Assembly: GCA_963728565.1 (NCBI GenBank)
Contig: CAVSLC010000005.1
Span: 96,001-160,000, forward strand
DNA from: an uncultured delta proteobacterium
GTDB lineage: Bacteria > Desulfobacterota > Binatia > UBA9968
Length of the DNA: 64,000 nt
Reading direction: 5' to 3'
Positions 20,945 to 31,691 of this stretch are shown here, piece after piece. Position 1 is the stretch's first letter; each line of letters opens with the position of its first letter. A program made the position numbers and the translations under genes. The notes below the pieces were generated by a model. It did not search any database. It was given only the letters and a program-made list of their open reading frames with translations, and was not told the origin of the DNA.

Positions 20945-20960
20945 AGCGAATTCGATGCCA
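20945..20960 (-). promoter_or_regulatory. Putative sigma54 promoter of the sigma70 paralog
   Basis: Minus strand reads TGGCATCGAATTCGCT (GG-N10-GC), ~95 nt upstream of the ATG, with an AT-rich tract upstream. Confidence 0.55.
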
Positions 20961-21360
20961 TTTTGCCTTCTTCAATTGTTTCGTTGTTGTTTCTTAATAA
21001 ATTCTCATAACTGAGACACGGCCACAAGCGATGGTCTCCTCTAATGTGAGAATCGACAGGATGATCACAGGAACTTTGGCTTTGAGTTACGGCGCTGGTC
21101 TGGTGGCTACTTGGTTCGCGTCGCGGGCATCGTAAAATCTAAGGATCGTCACCTGGCATGTCAAGCTAAAGTATTAAAAAGTTTAATTAAGATGCCTCTT
21201 TCAAAGGTATTTCGACGAGAATTCCGCGCCGAGGTCATGTAAGAGCGGTAACCCCGCCGCGGCTGAAGCCGCTTGCGTGGCGATTTCTGGGTGAAGCCAA
21301 CCCCCAAAAACTCAGATCTCGGCGTCAGCAGTTAGCTATGACAACCCGCAAACGCGAAAT

Positions 21361-22492
21361 TTAAACGGAGTTAGATAATGCCTCGCCGCCTGTCGGTTTT
21401 ACCAGCAGCGCGGCACCGAGTTGCAATCCTACTTTGTAGTCGCGGGTGATCGGGTTGGGCTGGATGACGTGAACCATTTCAATTAAGGTCCGATGAGCGG
21501 CGCTTCGCGTCCCTCATTCGGGCGCCTTCCCGCTGCGCCGTGGAGCACACTGCCATAGGTCTTAAATCCGTTTTGTTTAATTACCGAAGACGCGGCGATG
21601 AGTTCCTCGCTCGTAACACCGGGCCGGCAAATACTTTTGACATTTTCGTAATACTCTGGAGCGACATCAAAGAGCTTACGATAGAGCGGCGAGGGCTCGC
21701 GCCGCACGGCAAAGGGACGGTGAATTGAGTCGAATAGCCCAGTAGCTCACAGTCAATTCGGAAATAACGACGCTGCCGGTGTTCAAGACTCTTTCGGTTG
21801 CGTGCTGTCAAGGGACAAACCGGTCGGGCTCGTCCATACGGGTGCTGGCTATGAAGTGGATGCCTGGGTCGCCGCCGTGTTACGGCAGGCATCACAGATG
21901 ACCCCAAGAATCTCCTGGTCGTTCATTCCAGGATGAAGACGCTGCTCAAACGCGATGCAGGCGAGATCGGTCAAGAATCCGCTGCGCCTGAGGTAGATTA
22001 ATTCCTCCTCGCTACGGACTCCTCCGGATTCGGTTAAACAAGGGACCGAACTCTCTACGAGATCTGCTTCGGGAAGGAGACGCTTGAGTTCCGTAACGTG
22101 GCCATAGGGAATGGCGCGCAAAGTCACGAGACCAATTCTGCACTTAGCGAGGGCTTTACACCGGATCTCTTCAACGAGCGTCGGTATAGGCGAAGGCCTG
22201 TACCAGCGCACATCGGAAATTATCGATCGGGCTTTAGCACACGGCTGATGATTGAAGAAGTGAATAAAACAGGTCGCTTCTCCATCGCGGGGAACCAAAA
22301 CCCAGCAGGGTGATTGCGCGAGATAATTCGAAATGAAATATAGTGGACCTCGGAAGAGCCCCGTGCACCGACGATTAGAATCGCGTGAACGTCTTGTTCT
22401 TCCATGGCCTGCCGCACGGCGCGGATAGCGGCGACGTACTCTTCATCGGAAAAGCATGGGAATAAGTTGGTTTGCTTTTCAACTGCCGTCAT
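21361..22492 (-). pseudogene. M24 (Xaa-Pro peptidase/creatinase-like) family protein, multiply frameshifted
   Basis: Fragments FSDEEY...VRQAMEEQDVHAILIVG, VRSEEELIYLRRSG and VHVIQPNPITRDYKVGLQLG lie in different frames. Could be decay or assembly error. Confidence 0.65.
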
Positions 22493-22754
22493 GTTTGCTC
22501 CTACACCGATTTGCCGTCTCGTGGTCTTGTTTCTTTAGATCAGCCGGCTGGCACTTTACCGACCTAAGCGCCTTCCGGAATATCAAGCATTCGCAACCGT
22601 TATGGGTTCGCCCCGAATACTTGACAATCCTTAAACGGATCGGCTAGTGCTTACAACTGATTGCCGAGATTGTTGACCATGGGGGCGCGGCTTTTTGCGG
22701 CTATCTTGCATTGCGACGAATCTCATTTTGATTCACCCCTTAGGAGGACCTTCC

Positions 22755-23462
22755 ATGAAAGCACAGGAATGGCGTCAGGAATTAGGTGAATGTGTGCGCT
22801 ACTTGTTTCGATCTTCTGAGATGGAGCACTTCTATTCCGTCGCAATGACCACGCAACGGGCGCGGATTTATCTCTTGCAACTGAGCCTTTACGTCCGGCA
22901 GCGCCGTAACTTCTGGCCGCAAGTGGCTGCAAATTGCCCCGAATTCGACGTAAAACAGCGAATTCTGTCTCATGAGTACGAGGAGTTAGTTGAGGACGAG
23001 CACTCGAAACACGGTCATCTCGATCTGATTTTTCGTCAAGGCAAAGAGGTTGGGCTCAGTTTGGACGAGATCGTGAACGCGGAACCGTTACCGACAACGA
23101 CAGCGGCGATTTACGCTTGGTTCTGGATTGCCCGTAACCGCCCCTGGCAGGAGGCAATCGCGGCATCGACGATTGCGGAATGGACCAACGATGATCGGCT
23201 ACTGGGGGACCTTGGCGGCGGGAATTGCAGTCGTTTGTATAAAATCTGGAAAACGGATTTAAATCTTAGCGATGCGCAAATGCCGAATTTTACAGCCCAC
23301 AGCAAGGCTGATGTAAAACATTCCGACATGTTTATCGATGTACTGGAAAGATACGTCGGGCCCGGGCGTGAGCAAGACGTGCTGAAGACTGCGAAAGAAT
23401 CGATGGACATCCATCGGGCGTACTTTGGAGGAATGGCTCAAGCTATGTCGAAAGCGCCGTAA
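22755..23462 (+). CDS. Heme-oxygenase-like diiron enzyme (TenA/PqqC/CADD-like iron-containing redox enzyme)
   Basis: AGGAGG RBS; HEYEELVEDEHSKHGH and FTAHSKADVKH (HxxxDxxH) metal-ligand patterns. Confidence 0.7.
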   Translation: MKAQEWRQELGECVRYLFRSSEMEHFYSVAMTTQRARIYLLQLSLYVRQRRNFWPQVAANCPEFDVKQRILSHEYEELVEDEHSKHGHLDLIFRQGKEVGLSLDEIVNAEPLPTTTAAIYAWFWIARNRPWQEAIAASTIAEWTNDDRLLGDLGGGNCSRLYKIWKTDLNLSDAQMPNFTAHSKADVKHSDMFIDVLERYVGPGREQDVLKTAKESMDIHRAYFGGMAQAMSKAP

Positions 23463-23480
23463 ACCATTCAGGAGAATCTT

Positions 23481-24497
23481 ATGAAACTAGCCGAATTAGA
23501 CGGCCAGTTAGCAAAAAACCAACTAGCCGGCTTCTGGAACACCCGTGTTCCAGGTCATTCCGCGGAAGCGCCGTACCTCTGGAAATGGGAGGCGCTGCTG
23601 GATGGCTTATTGAAGGCAAGCGAGACGATTGGGATCGAGCAGGCGGAGCGTCGCGCCATTCGGCTGGTAAGCCCGCACGTACCAAACAAATCGACTTCTC
23701 ACACCGTGCAGCTCACATTCTCAATCGTCAATCCGGGAGAGGTCGCGAGAGCGCATCGCCATAACATGGCTGCGATCCGCTTCGTTGTCCAAGGGAAGGG
23801 TGCCTATACCGCAGTTCAGGGTGAAAAGTTTCCCATGGAAGAGGGTGATTTGGTGCTGACACCCAACTGGACCTGGCACGAGCATCACAACGAGTCTGAA
23901 GATCCAATCATCTGGCTCGACGGCTTGGACGGCCCATTGATCCAAGCGCTGAACGTTCTGTTCTTCGAGGAGTCTGAAAAACCCGAACTACCGATCACAC
24001 GCGCAACCGGCGAATCGCTGAGCCGTTTAGGCTTTGCCCGCGCGCCGAAAGTGGATAACACGCCGGCTCGCGGTGTTCCCTTCCGGTATGGATGGCAGGA
24101 TACCTACAAAACGCTCAAACTCCTGAGCAGAAGCGAGCAGGATCCATACGACGGAACTTTGCTGCGTTACATCAATCCCGCCACGGGCGGGTATACTTAT
24201 CCAACGATGTCGTGTGAGATACAGCTTTTCAAGCCGAAATGCATAACCAACTCACATAGGCATACGAGCACGGCAGTTTACCATGTTTTTAAAGGCCGGG
24301 GCCGGACTGCCGTAGGAGAAAGTCATCTCGAATGGAAGAAAGGCGATTCTTTCGTGATCCCGCTTTGGCAGTGGCATTCACACGAAAACCCATTCGAAGA
24401 AGAAGCAATTCTTTTTTCGATCAATGACCGTCCGGTGATGGAAACACTGCAACTCTATCGCGAAGAGTTCAGCAACGGCAACAAGAGTGCTGAATGA
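23481..24497 (+). CDS. Gentisate 1,2-dioxygenase-like bicupin
   Basis: AERRAIRLVSP; GEVARAHRHNMAAIRFV; TPNWTWHEH; WLDGLD; second cupin HRHTSTAVYHV...WQWHSH. Confidence 0.85.
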   Translation: MKLAELDGQLAKNQLAGFWNTRVPGHSAEAPYLWKWEALLDGLLKASETIGIEQAERRAIRLVSPHVPNKSTSHTVQLTFSIVNPGEVARAHRHNMAAIRFVVQGKGAYTAVQGEKFPMEEGDLVLTPNWTWHEHHNESEDPIIWLDGLDGPLIQALNVLFFEESEKPELPITRATGESLSRLGFARAPKVDNTPARGVPFRYGWQDTYKTLKLLSRSEQDPYDGTLLRYINPATGGYTYPTMSCEIQLFKPKCITNSHRHTSTAVYHVFKGRGRTAVGESHLEWKKGDSFVIPLWQWHSHENPFEEEAILFSINDRPVMETLQLYREEFSNGNKSAE

Positions 24498-24623
24498 AGT
24501 ACATTCTTTGCTTTCATGGAGCGTGAACTTCATCCGACGTTCGTTTCTAGACAGTGCCGCCGACTCCTGCGCAGCGGTAGTCACTAAGAGACAATTATGA
24601 ACTAACTCCACCTGGTTAACTGG

Positions 24624-25628
24624 ATGGCTTCTACAACAAGCATTAGGCTCGCGAGTCGAACTTACGATGGCATTCTGCCGATCCTGCGCGGCCAAATGCA
24701 GGTTCCGGGATTTGACCTGCATATCACCGAGACGAGCGATGTCGCTGGTATGTTCGCCGGGATGTTCAAAGGTCAGTATGACGTTGGCGAAATGTCGCTG
24801 GGCGAGTTGATTTACTATACTTCACGATCCAAAGCTGAATTCATCGGCATCCCGGTCTTTCCTTCCAGAATGTTTCGGCATGGGTTTATATTTTGCCGCC
24901 GCTCTGCCGGGGTGAACAGTCCCGGTGATCTGAGCGGCAAAAGCGTAGGATTTCTACGCTGGGTGCAAACAGCGGCGATATGGATGCGCGGCATGCTTGT
25001 CGATGAATACGGTATTTCGGCCTCTGCCACTAAATGGTGCATTGCTTCGATGCATCATTGGGACGATGTGGATCCCGGTGCCACAGTCCAGCCGCGCGAC
25101 GGTTCGATTATTCATCGGATCGAAAGCACGGGAAAGAATGCATCCGAGCGCGCTTGTCGCGCATTGTTCGACGGCGAAGTTGACGCCCTCGGAGTAACAG
25201 AGTCGCAACTGCCGACGTTGCTAGCGAATGATGCAGTCTGCCGATTATTCAATAATCCGCGGGAGGTGGAGGTCAGCTACTTCCGCAAGACGAGAATTTT
25301 GCCGATTATGCATGTTGTCGCATTGCGAAAAGATTTGGCTGATCAGCATCCGAAACTGCCGGAGAACCTTTTTCGCCTTTACTCAGGTGCCAAAAGGTGG
25401 GCACAGCAGTGGCGAAGGACGATTCCGAGTTTGGTTGAGGCTTGGCCGGTTCATTATTTGTCTGAAGAAGAAAAAATTTTTCAGACCGATCCCTGGGAGT
25501 ACGGCTTGGAGCCGAATCGGCACGTGATCGATAAGTTTCTTGCCTACTGCTACGCACAAGGCGTTAGCGCGAAGCAAATTGCGCCTGATGAGTTGTTCTC
25601 TCCTAGCACTTTGAAACTCGTGGAATGA
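24624..25628 (+). CDS. 4,5-dihydroxyphthalate decarboxylase-like protein (periplasmic-binding-protein fold)
   Basis: YDVGEMSL; IPVFPSRMFRHG; QTAAIWMRGML; YFRKTRILPIMHVV; DPWEYGLEPNR. Confidence 0.75.
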   Translation: MASTTSIRLASRTYDGILPILRGQMQVPGFDLHITETSDVAGMFAGMFKGQYDVGEMSLGELIYYTSRSKAEFIGIPVFPSRMFRHGFIFCRRSAGVNSPGDLSGKSVGFLRWVQTAAIWMRGMLVDEYGISASATKWCIASMHHWDDVDPGATVQPRDGSIIHRIESTGKNASERACRALFDGEVDALGVTESQLPTLLANDAVCRLFNNPREVEVSYFRKTRILPIMHVVALRKDLADQHPKLPENLFRLYSGAKRWAQQWRRTIPSLVEAWPVHYLSEEEKIFQTDPWEYGLEPNRHVIDKFLAYCYAQGVSAKQIAPDELFSPSTLKLVE

Positions 25629-25656
25629 GTTTCACAACCTGAACGAAAGGAAATCC

Positions 25657-27153
25657 TTGATGTCTACTGCACTGGCCAGCAAAACTCAAAGCGTTGCCGC
25701 CTGCGATCTGCGCGATTGGCTCGGACAAGTGGAAGCCATGGGACAATTGGCGAGCATCTCCGGCGCTCATTGGGATGTGGAACTCGGCGCGCTTACCGAG
25801 ATGATACTCGAGCGAATGCCTACGCCACCGGCCGTCATGTTCGATTCTGTTCCCGGTTACGAGCCGAATCGCCGAGTTCTTGCCAATATGCTGGAGAGCT
25901 TGGAACGCACTGCGGTGACTCTGAATCTGCCGATTGAGCTCAACACGATATCCTTAATCGATGCTCTGCGGGCAAGGCTTCGAGCGCTTCAACCGATCAA
26001 ACCAAATGTCGTCTCCACTGGCGCTGTAATGGAAAATGTTGAACGCGGCGATCAAGTTGATTTGCTCAGATTTCCTGTGCCGCGCTGGCACGAGGGCGAC
26101 GGAGGACGCTATTTGGGAACAGCGCATCTCGTGATTACTCGTGATCCGGAGAGTGGGGTGGAAAACGTCGGCTGTTATCGCGTCATGCTTCAGGATAAGG
26201 ACAAGGTCGGCCTTTATATCTCGCCGGGTAAACATGGACGAATGCACTATGAGAAAGCGATGAAAGCTGGTAAATCATTTCCGGTTGCCATGGTGTTTGG
26301 GCAACATCCATTGCTATTCATCGCCGCGTCCCAAGCAGTGCCATTCGGCGTTAATGAATATGACTGGACCGGCGGGATCCTGGGTCAGCCCATCGACGTT
26401 ATCAAGGGGCCTCTCACTGGACTCCATTTCCCGGCCTCGGCGGAAATTGCAATCGAAGGCGAAATTACACCCGGGGAAATGCTTCCGGAAGGTCCTTTTG
26501 GCGAATGGCCTGGTTATTACGCTAGCGCTCGCCGCGCCGAGCCGTTTGTACGCGTTAAGGCGTTATATTATCGAAATGACCCGATCATTTGCGGTGCCGC
26601 TCCTTTCAAACCGACGATTCATGGCATGTATCGTTCCTGTTTGCGCGCCGCTACAGTATGGAACGGTATGGAGCAAGCCGGCGTGCCGGATATTCGTGGT
26701 GTTTATCTACCACCGCCGGCGCAGCGCTTCATGATTGTTGTAGCGATCAAGCAACGCTATCCAGGCCATGCAAAGCAAGCTGCCTTGGTGGCGTCGCAAT
26801 GTCATGCGGGTGCCTACCTGGGTCGGTACGTGATTGTTGTCGATGAGGACATCGATATCACAAACATAAACGAAGTGGTCTGGGCCATAGCTACTCGCTC
26901 AGACCCGGCAACCTCGGTCGATATCCTGCGCCGCACATGGAGTGGTCCCCTGGATCCGATCATTCAGCCGGGTCAAAAGGGACATAACTCGCGCATGATC
27001 ATTGAAGCGGTACGGCCTTATGAGTGGCGTGATCGTTTTCCAGCGACCAGCGCGATCAGCGATGAAACCCGTAAAGAATACTCCGCAAAATGGGCGAAGG
27101 AGCTGGGCGAAATCGAAGGTCGATATACGCGAACGCGTGCGCGACCCGTTTGA
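25657..27153 (+). CDS. UbiD-family prFMN-dependent (de)carboxylase
   Basis: DLRDWL; HEGDGGRY; NVGCYR; EGPFGEWPGYY; VVDEDIDI...VVWAIATRSDP. Confidence 0.92.
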   Translation: MMSTALASKTQSVAACDLRDWLGQVEAMGQLASISGAHWDVELGALTEMILERMPTPPAVMFDSVPGYEPNRRVLANMLESLERTAVTLNLPIELNTISLIDALRARLRALQPIKPNVVSTGAVMENVERGDQVDLLRFPVPRWHEGDGGRYLGTAHLVITRDPESGVENVGCYRVMLQDKDKVGLYISPGKHGRMHYEKAMKAGKSFPVAMVFGQHPLLFIAASQAVPFGVNEYDWTGGILGQPIDVIKGPLTGLHFPASAEIAIEGEITPGEMLPEGPFGEWPGYYASARRAEPFVRVKALYYRNDPIICGAAPFKPTIHGMYRSCLRAATVWNGMEQAGVPDIRGVYLPPPAQRFMIVVAIKQRYPGHAKQAALVASQCHAGAYLGRYVIVVDEDIDITNINEVVWAIATRSDPATSVDILRRTWSGPLDPIIQPGQKGHNSRMIIEAVRPYEWRDRFPATSAISDETRKEYSAKWAKELGEIEGRYTRTRARPV

Positions 27154-27391
27154 TACTGAGCAGACTGAGAGCCAACGTCAGTATCGCGCATCCTCACAGC
27201 TTCCCTATTGAAATGCAGTCTTATCCGTTCTCGGAGAATCTCGAGTAGACGAAAATTGTAATATTTGGTCAATATTGTCCATAGCCAGAGATTCTCAGCG
27301 CCTCTTGCCCCTGCCTAGCGTTCCCCGCCTACTAGAGGAATTATTTGGAATTATCGGTCCTTACGCCAGTGAGCCTGTGGCTCGACTTCTC

Positions 27392-27407
27392 TGGCATGCC
27401 TTGTGCT
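27392..27407 (+). promoter_or_regulatory. Putative sigma54 promoter
   Basis: TGGCATGCCTTGTGCT (GG-N10-GC), ~48 nt upstream of ATG 27455. Confidence 0.55.
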
Positions 27408-27454
27408 CCATGGCATTACTGAACTCGCGAAAAAATTCGGAAGGAGAACTACGG

Positions 27455-27676
27455 ATGGAAGAGATAATGACCCCCTCTGAGGTTGCAAATTTACTGAAAA
27501 TCCACCTGAAGACTGTCTATAAGCTAGCGGAGAAGGGAGTTATTCCCGGTAACCGTATTGGGCGGAGTTGGAGATTCAGCCGAAGCGATGTACTCGAATT
27601 AGTCTCCAGTAAGCCCATCAATCTGTCGGACAGCGACACCGACGATCAGGTCGGCAGACTAGCCGCTGTAAAGTGA
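27455..27676 (+). CDS. Small excisionase/MerR-like (BldC-like) helix-turn-helix DNA-binding protein
   Basis: AAGGAG RBS; MEEIMTPSEVANLLKIHLKTVYKLAEKGVIPGNRIGRSWRF. Confidence 0.88.
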   Translation: MEEIMTPSEVANLLKIHLKTVYKLAEKGVIPGNRIGRSWRFSRSDVLELVSSKPINLSDSDTDDQVGRLAAVK

Positions 27677-28044
27677 CGCAGAGTCCCCAGACTCGGGAGT
27701 AGATTACGCTGCCGGCGTTGCTCGACTGAGTTTTGTTACGCCCCTACTCAGGTGAGGTAGATAAACGTTTTGGGCGCTCGGTCGAGGCGAGACTAGGAGG
27801 CATTGATGCCTCGCGTGAACCAGATTCGGAAGCGCTCTACGCTGCCCAATCGCCTCGACGAGCACAAGCAAGTATTCGGTTCTGACTGCATGGAAGAGAG
27901 ACTTGGGAACTTGGGCGACAGCGGCTTGAACTGCCATCGCATGTCGTTCCAACAAACCCCGATGCTTTGATCTTGGCGCGAATCGAAACCTTAGAACTGC
28001 AAGGCAAATATCGCCTAAAATATCGCCTAATCAGATAACGTCGA

Positions 28045-28783
28045 TTGCAAATGGAAACATTAATCGCTGTTTTCAGTGGCGTGGCCTTCCTGGCACTCAT
28101 CGTCTATCTGTGGAACTCCGATCCTGCTGCGAAGCATGACAAAAACGAAGCAATCAAAGAAGCACGTTGGCCGGCGGAAGTTAATCAAGCCAACGAAAGT
28201 ACTTCGCCCACCCTCCAGTTCAAACACGTCGCGCAGCTAGAGGAGAAGATCCAATCATCAAAAAGCGAGCATGCTGAAGCCTTCAACGAAGTTGCTGACT
28301 GCACGCAAAAAGCTACGACTAATCATTTGGATTTACAGGAGGCGCAGGCAAGTGCCGACCGTAGTTCGCAACGAGTCGTCGAATTGGAAACGAGAGAATT
28401 CACTTTTGCAGCGCCGATTAGCTGAACTCAGCAGTCAACAGAGCAGTCGCGAGAGTGAGATGGCTTCACTCAAGCAGGAACTAGCGAAACTCCGCGCGTT
28501 TGGACATGAAGTTGAGAATCTTCAGAAAGAAAAAGCACAACTAATCGAACAGCTGGCAAAATCCGAGATCGAGAACGCGACGAATGCGCGAGCATCGGTC
28601 GCGCTACAAGATTTGGCAGCGAAGCAATCCGAATTCGAAGACAAACTCAGGAGCTTGCGCGAGGAAAATACACGCCTCCTTGGCGAAATAACCGCGCTCC
28701 GCTCATCCCTTCGTGACAAAATCAAAACTCAACTGGATGGACTTCAGGAACTCTATCGTAATCTCACTCCCGAGCTGAACTAA
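28045..28783 (+). CDS. Hypothetical membrane-anchored coiled-coil protein (frameshift near 28395)
   Basis: N-terminal TM (LIAVFSGVAFLALIVYLW) in ORF 28045-28425; the heptad-rich continuation is in ORF 28271-28783. Confidence 0.6.
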
Positions 28784-28898
28784 ATCCTTTCGCGCGACGC
28801 TCACGATTACTGACTGAACTCTCCTCTCATCGATGCGTGACGTGGTTGCCATCGCGCCGTAATAGCCAAAACACATCAGTTTAGACCATAACCGTAGC

Positions 28899-28973
28899 TG
28901 GTGCGCCCGACAGGAATCGAACCTGTACTTAGGGTTCCGGAGACCCTCGTGATGTCCTTTTCACTACGGGCGC
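28899..28973 (-). tRNA. tRNA-Arg(CCG)
   Basis: GCGCCCG/CGGGCGC acceptor stem; anticodon arm AGGGT-CTCCGGA-ACCCT; T-loop TTCGATT; encoded CCA. Confidence 0.95.
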
Positions 28974-29163
28974 CTTCAATTCTCTTACATCCGCGACTTG
29001 TCAGAGTCAATGTGAGAATGGCTCGCTGCAATGGCGTGTGACATGTCTCACAGCAACAGCGGTTCAATCGGTTGAGGAGAGTCGAATTCGCGCTTTTTCA
29101 TGCTTGTGCTGCCTTGGATTGGGCACTCATCTAAAAATAGTATTTGGCTATCGCAAGTTGCTT

Positions 29164-30043
29164 ATGCTACCGATAAGCGTGAGGATTCGAGCTCCGGCAA
29201 AAATCAATCTGGGATTACGCATCGTAGGCCAACGAGATGATGGATATCATCTGCTGGACACCATTATGGTCCCGGTTTCTTTGTATGATGAGATCCACAT
29301 TTTTGCTAAATCCGCCAGAGAGGTGTGCGGTAGCAGTTCAAAGTTGACTGTGACCTGTGATAATCCCGCGGTGCCGAGCGACGAAGGGAATATTGTTTTC
29401 CGCGCCGCGAACCTGATCATCGAGGAAAATTCGATTCGGGAGAGAGTAGAAATTCACATTAAAAAAACGAATTCCCATTGGGGCAGGATTGGGAGGCGGC
29501 AGTTCCGATGCGGCGGCGACGCTCATTGCAATGAATTCTCTCTTTGGGCTCAACTACTCTACGCGGCAGCTTAAGAAACGAGCATATGGGCTAGGCGCTG
29601 ATGTTCCGTTCTTCATCGATTGTAGACCTGCGCGCGCCAGAGGTATCGGCGAACGCCTTACGCCAATCAAATCTCTGCCCTGGAAATGGGCAGTGATTGT
29701 CTACCCTGGATTTCCTGTGGCGACTAGTTGGGTATACCGGGAATTTGCTGCTAAGTTGACAAAACTTATGGCAAATACTAGCATTATTTCACCACTTAGG
29801 AAGTCATCTGGTCAACAAAGATTGCTAGTCAATGACTTGGAAAGTGTAACTATGGCTCGATATCCCCGTATAAAATCGCTGAAAAGAGAATTGATTGCGG
29901 AGGGCGCAGCCGGAGCTCTAATGTCGGGTAGTGGCTCTGCGGTTTTTGGCCTATTTGATTCCAGAGGAAACGCTGCACGGGCGTTGTCCCGATTGCAGAA
30001 GGAGGATGGGGTAGATACGTTTCTAGTGCGTTTGTTAATCTAA
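29164..30043 (+). CDS. ispE: 4-diphosphocytidyl-2-C-methyl-D-erythritol kinase (one extra A in a run near 29465)
   Basis: APAKINLGL...GYHLLDT; (IP.GAG)LGGGSSDAA; LGADVPFF; LMSGSGS. Confidence 0.92.
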
Positions 30044-30116
30044 AGATCGATATAGGCAAAGCCCAATCAGAGCAAAAGTCAGGAAGTCGGTTAACCTGTC
30101 AAAAGAGGAGGTCTCG

Positions 30117-30404
30117 ATGCAGGTTACGGAAGTAAGAGTCTTTCCTGTCGACGAAGATAAGCTGAGGGCTTACGTAACTATCACTCTCGATCATTGTTTT
30201 GTGATCAGAGATTTAAAAATTATCAAAGGAACCACTGGATACTTTGTGTCGATGCCCAGTAAGAAACGAAAAGATGGGACCTATAAAGATATCGCGCATC
30301 CCATCAATAACGAAACACGTAGAATGTTAGAAGAGAAAGTAATCGCCGAATATGAGAAAGTTGCTGCGGAGGGTGGGAGCCAGAGGGCTCTAGGAAATGG
30401 TTAG
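30117..30404 (+). CDS. spoVG: SpoVG family nucleic-acid-binding protein
   Basis: MQVTEVRV...FVIRDLKII...FVSMPSKKRKDGTYKDIAHPIN; GAGGAGG RBS. Confidence 0.95.
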   Translation: MQVTEVRVFPVDEDKLRAYVTITLDHCFVIRDLKIIKGTTGYFVSMPSKKRKDGTYKDIAHPINNETRRMLEEKVIAEYEKVAAEGGSQRALGNG

Positions 30405-30455
30405 TTGATCCTCTGCCCCAGGGCCGGATTAGCTTCTCTCGAGAAGTTTGGGGAT

Positions 30456-30529
30456 TGGGCGGTCGCCAAGCGGTAAGGCCCCGGACTTTGGATCCGGTAT
30501 CGAAGGTTCGAATCCTTCCCGCCCAGCCA
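30456..30529 (+). tRNA. tRNA-Gln(TTG)
   Basis: TGGGCGG/CCGCCCA acceptor stem; CCGGA-CTTTGGA-TCCGG anticodon arm; GGTTCGAATCC; CCA; typical ispE-tRNAGln-prs position. Confidence 0.95.
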
Positions 30530-30570
30530 GTCTTAATCTTGTAATCATCAACAGATTATCATAGTTTAGG

Positions 30571-30606
30571 TTGCGCCGTTCATAGTCGAACGGCGCAATT
30601 CGTTTT
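30571..30606 (+). terminator. Hairpin/terminator after tRNA-Gln
   Basis: ttgcgccgttc-atagtc-gaacggcgcaa, followed by ttcgtttt. Confidence 0.55.
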
Positions 30607-30711
30607 GGCAGTAGACACTTTCATTTTACTCTCCGTCTGTTGTGTTGGAGCTGTAGTGCCAGTGATGTTGTAGGGGAAGTATGTAAAAAGCGGAAATGGG
30701 AATTCATCACT

Positions 30712-31666
30712 ATGAGCCAGCAGAATACCGACATAAAGATCTTTGCCGGAAACTCCAATCCTCCCCTTGCCAGGGAAATTAGTAATTACCTGGCAGTGCC
30801 GCTAGGAAAAGCGACAGTGGAAACCTTTAGCGATGGCGAAAGCAAGGTCGAGATTAAGGAGAATGTGCGCGGCGCTGATGTGTTTGTTTTGCAATCTACT
30901 TCAGCGCCAGGAAATCATCATTTGATGGAGCTCTTGTTGATGCTGGATGCGTTCAAGAGAGCTTCGGCAAAGCGTATCACCGCCGTGATGCCTTACTACG
31001 GTTATGCGCGCCAAGATCGGAAAGTGCTCCCTCGAGTTCCAATCAGCGCTAAACTGGTGGCCGACTTGATTACAACAGCGGGCGCCTCACGAATGCTGAC
31101 ATTGGATCTTCACTCGGGACAGATTCAAGGTTTTTTTGACATTCCGGTGGATAATTTGTATGCGACGCCAGTTTTACTCCAGCATCTTGAAAAAGCAGCT
31201 GAACCACAACGAAGTGACGATCATTTCTCCTGATGCGGGCGGCGTTGAGCGGGCTCGGGCCATCGCAACTCGGCTGGACGCATCGTTGGCGATTATCGAC
31301 AAGCGGCGAGTAGGGCCAAATGTAGTCGCCGAAATGAAGATCATCGGTGAAGTGCAGGATCAGGTCGCGATTTTAGTCGATGATATGGTGGATACTGCTG
31401 GAACATTGACGATGGCCGCAGAAGCGCTCAAAAAAGAAGGTGCCAAGAGAATCATCGGTTGTTGCACTCATGCGGTTCTTTCCGGCCCGGCGATCCAGCG
31501 GATTCAGGATTCACCCCTAGAGGAGCTAATCGTTACCAATACTATTCCGTTGCAATCTGAAGCGACTCATTGCGGCAAGATGAAGGTTCTATCTGTCGCG
31601 CATCTCATCGGAGAAGCCATCCGGCGCACGCACGAGGAAGAATCCATTAGTTCTTTATTTGTGTAG
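30712..31666 (+). CDS. prs: Ribose-phosphate pyrophosphokinase (frameshift near 31188)
   Basis: FSDGE; [11 protein letters not shown]; [11 protein letters not shown]; [10 protein letters not shown]; DDMVDTAGT; EESISSLF. Confidence 0.95.
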
Positions 31667-31691
31667 CCGGATCTAACAGGAGGTCAGTTTC

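Noticed and set aside
27275-28973. Integrative element at tRNA-Arg with an excisionase
   Set aside because: No integrase and no duplicated tRNA 3' end (att site) were noticed in the window.
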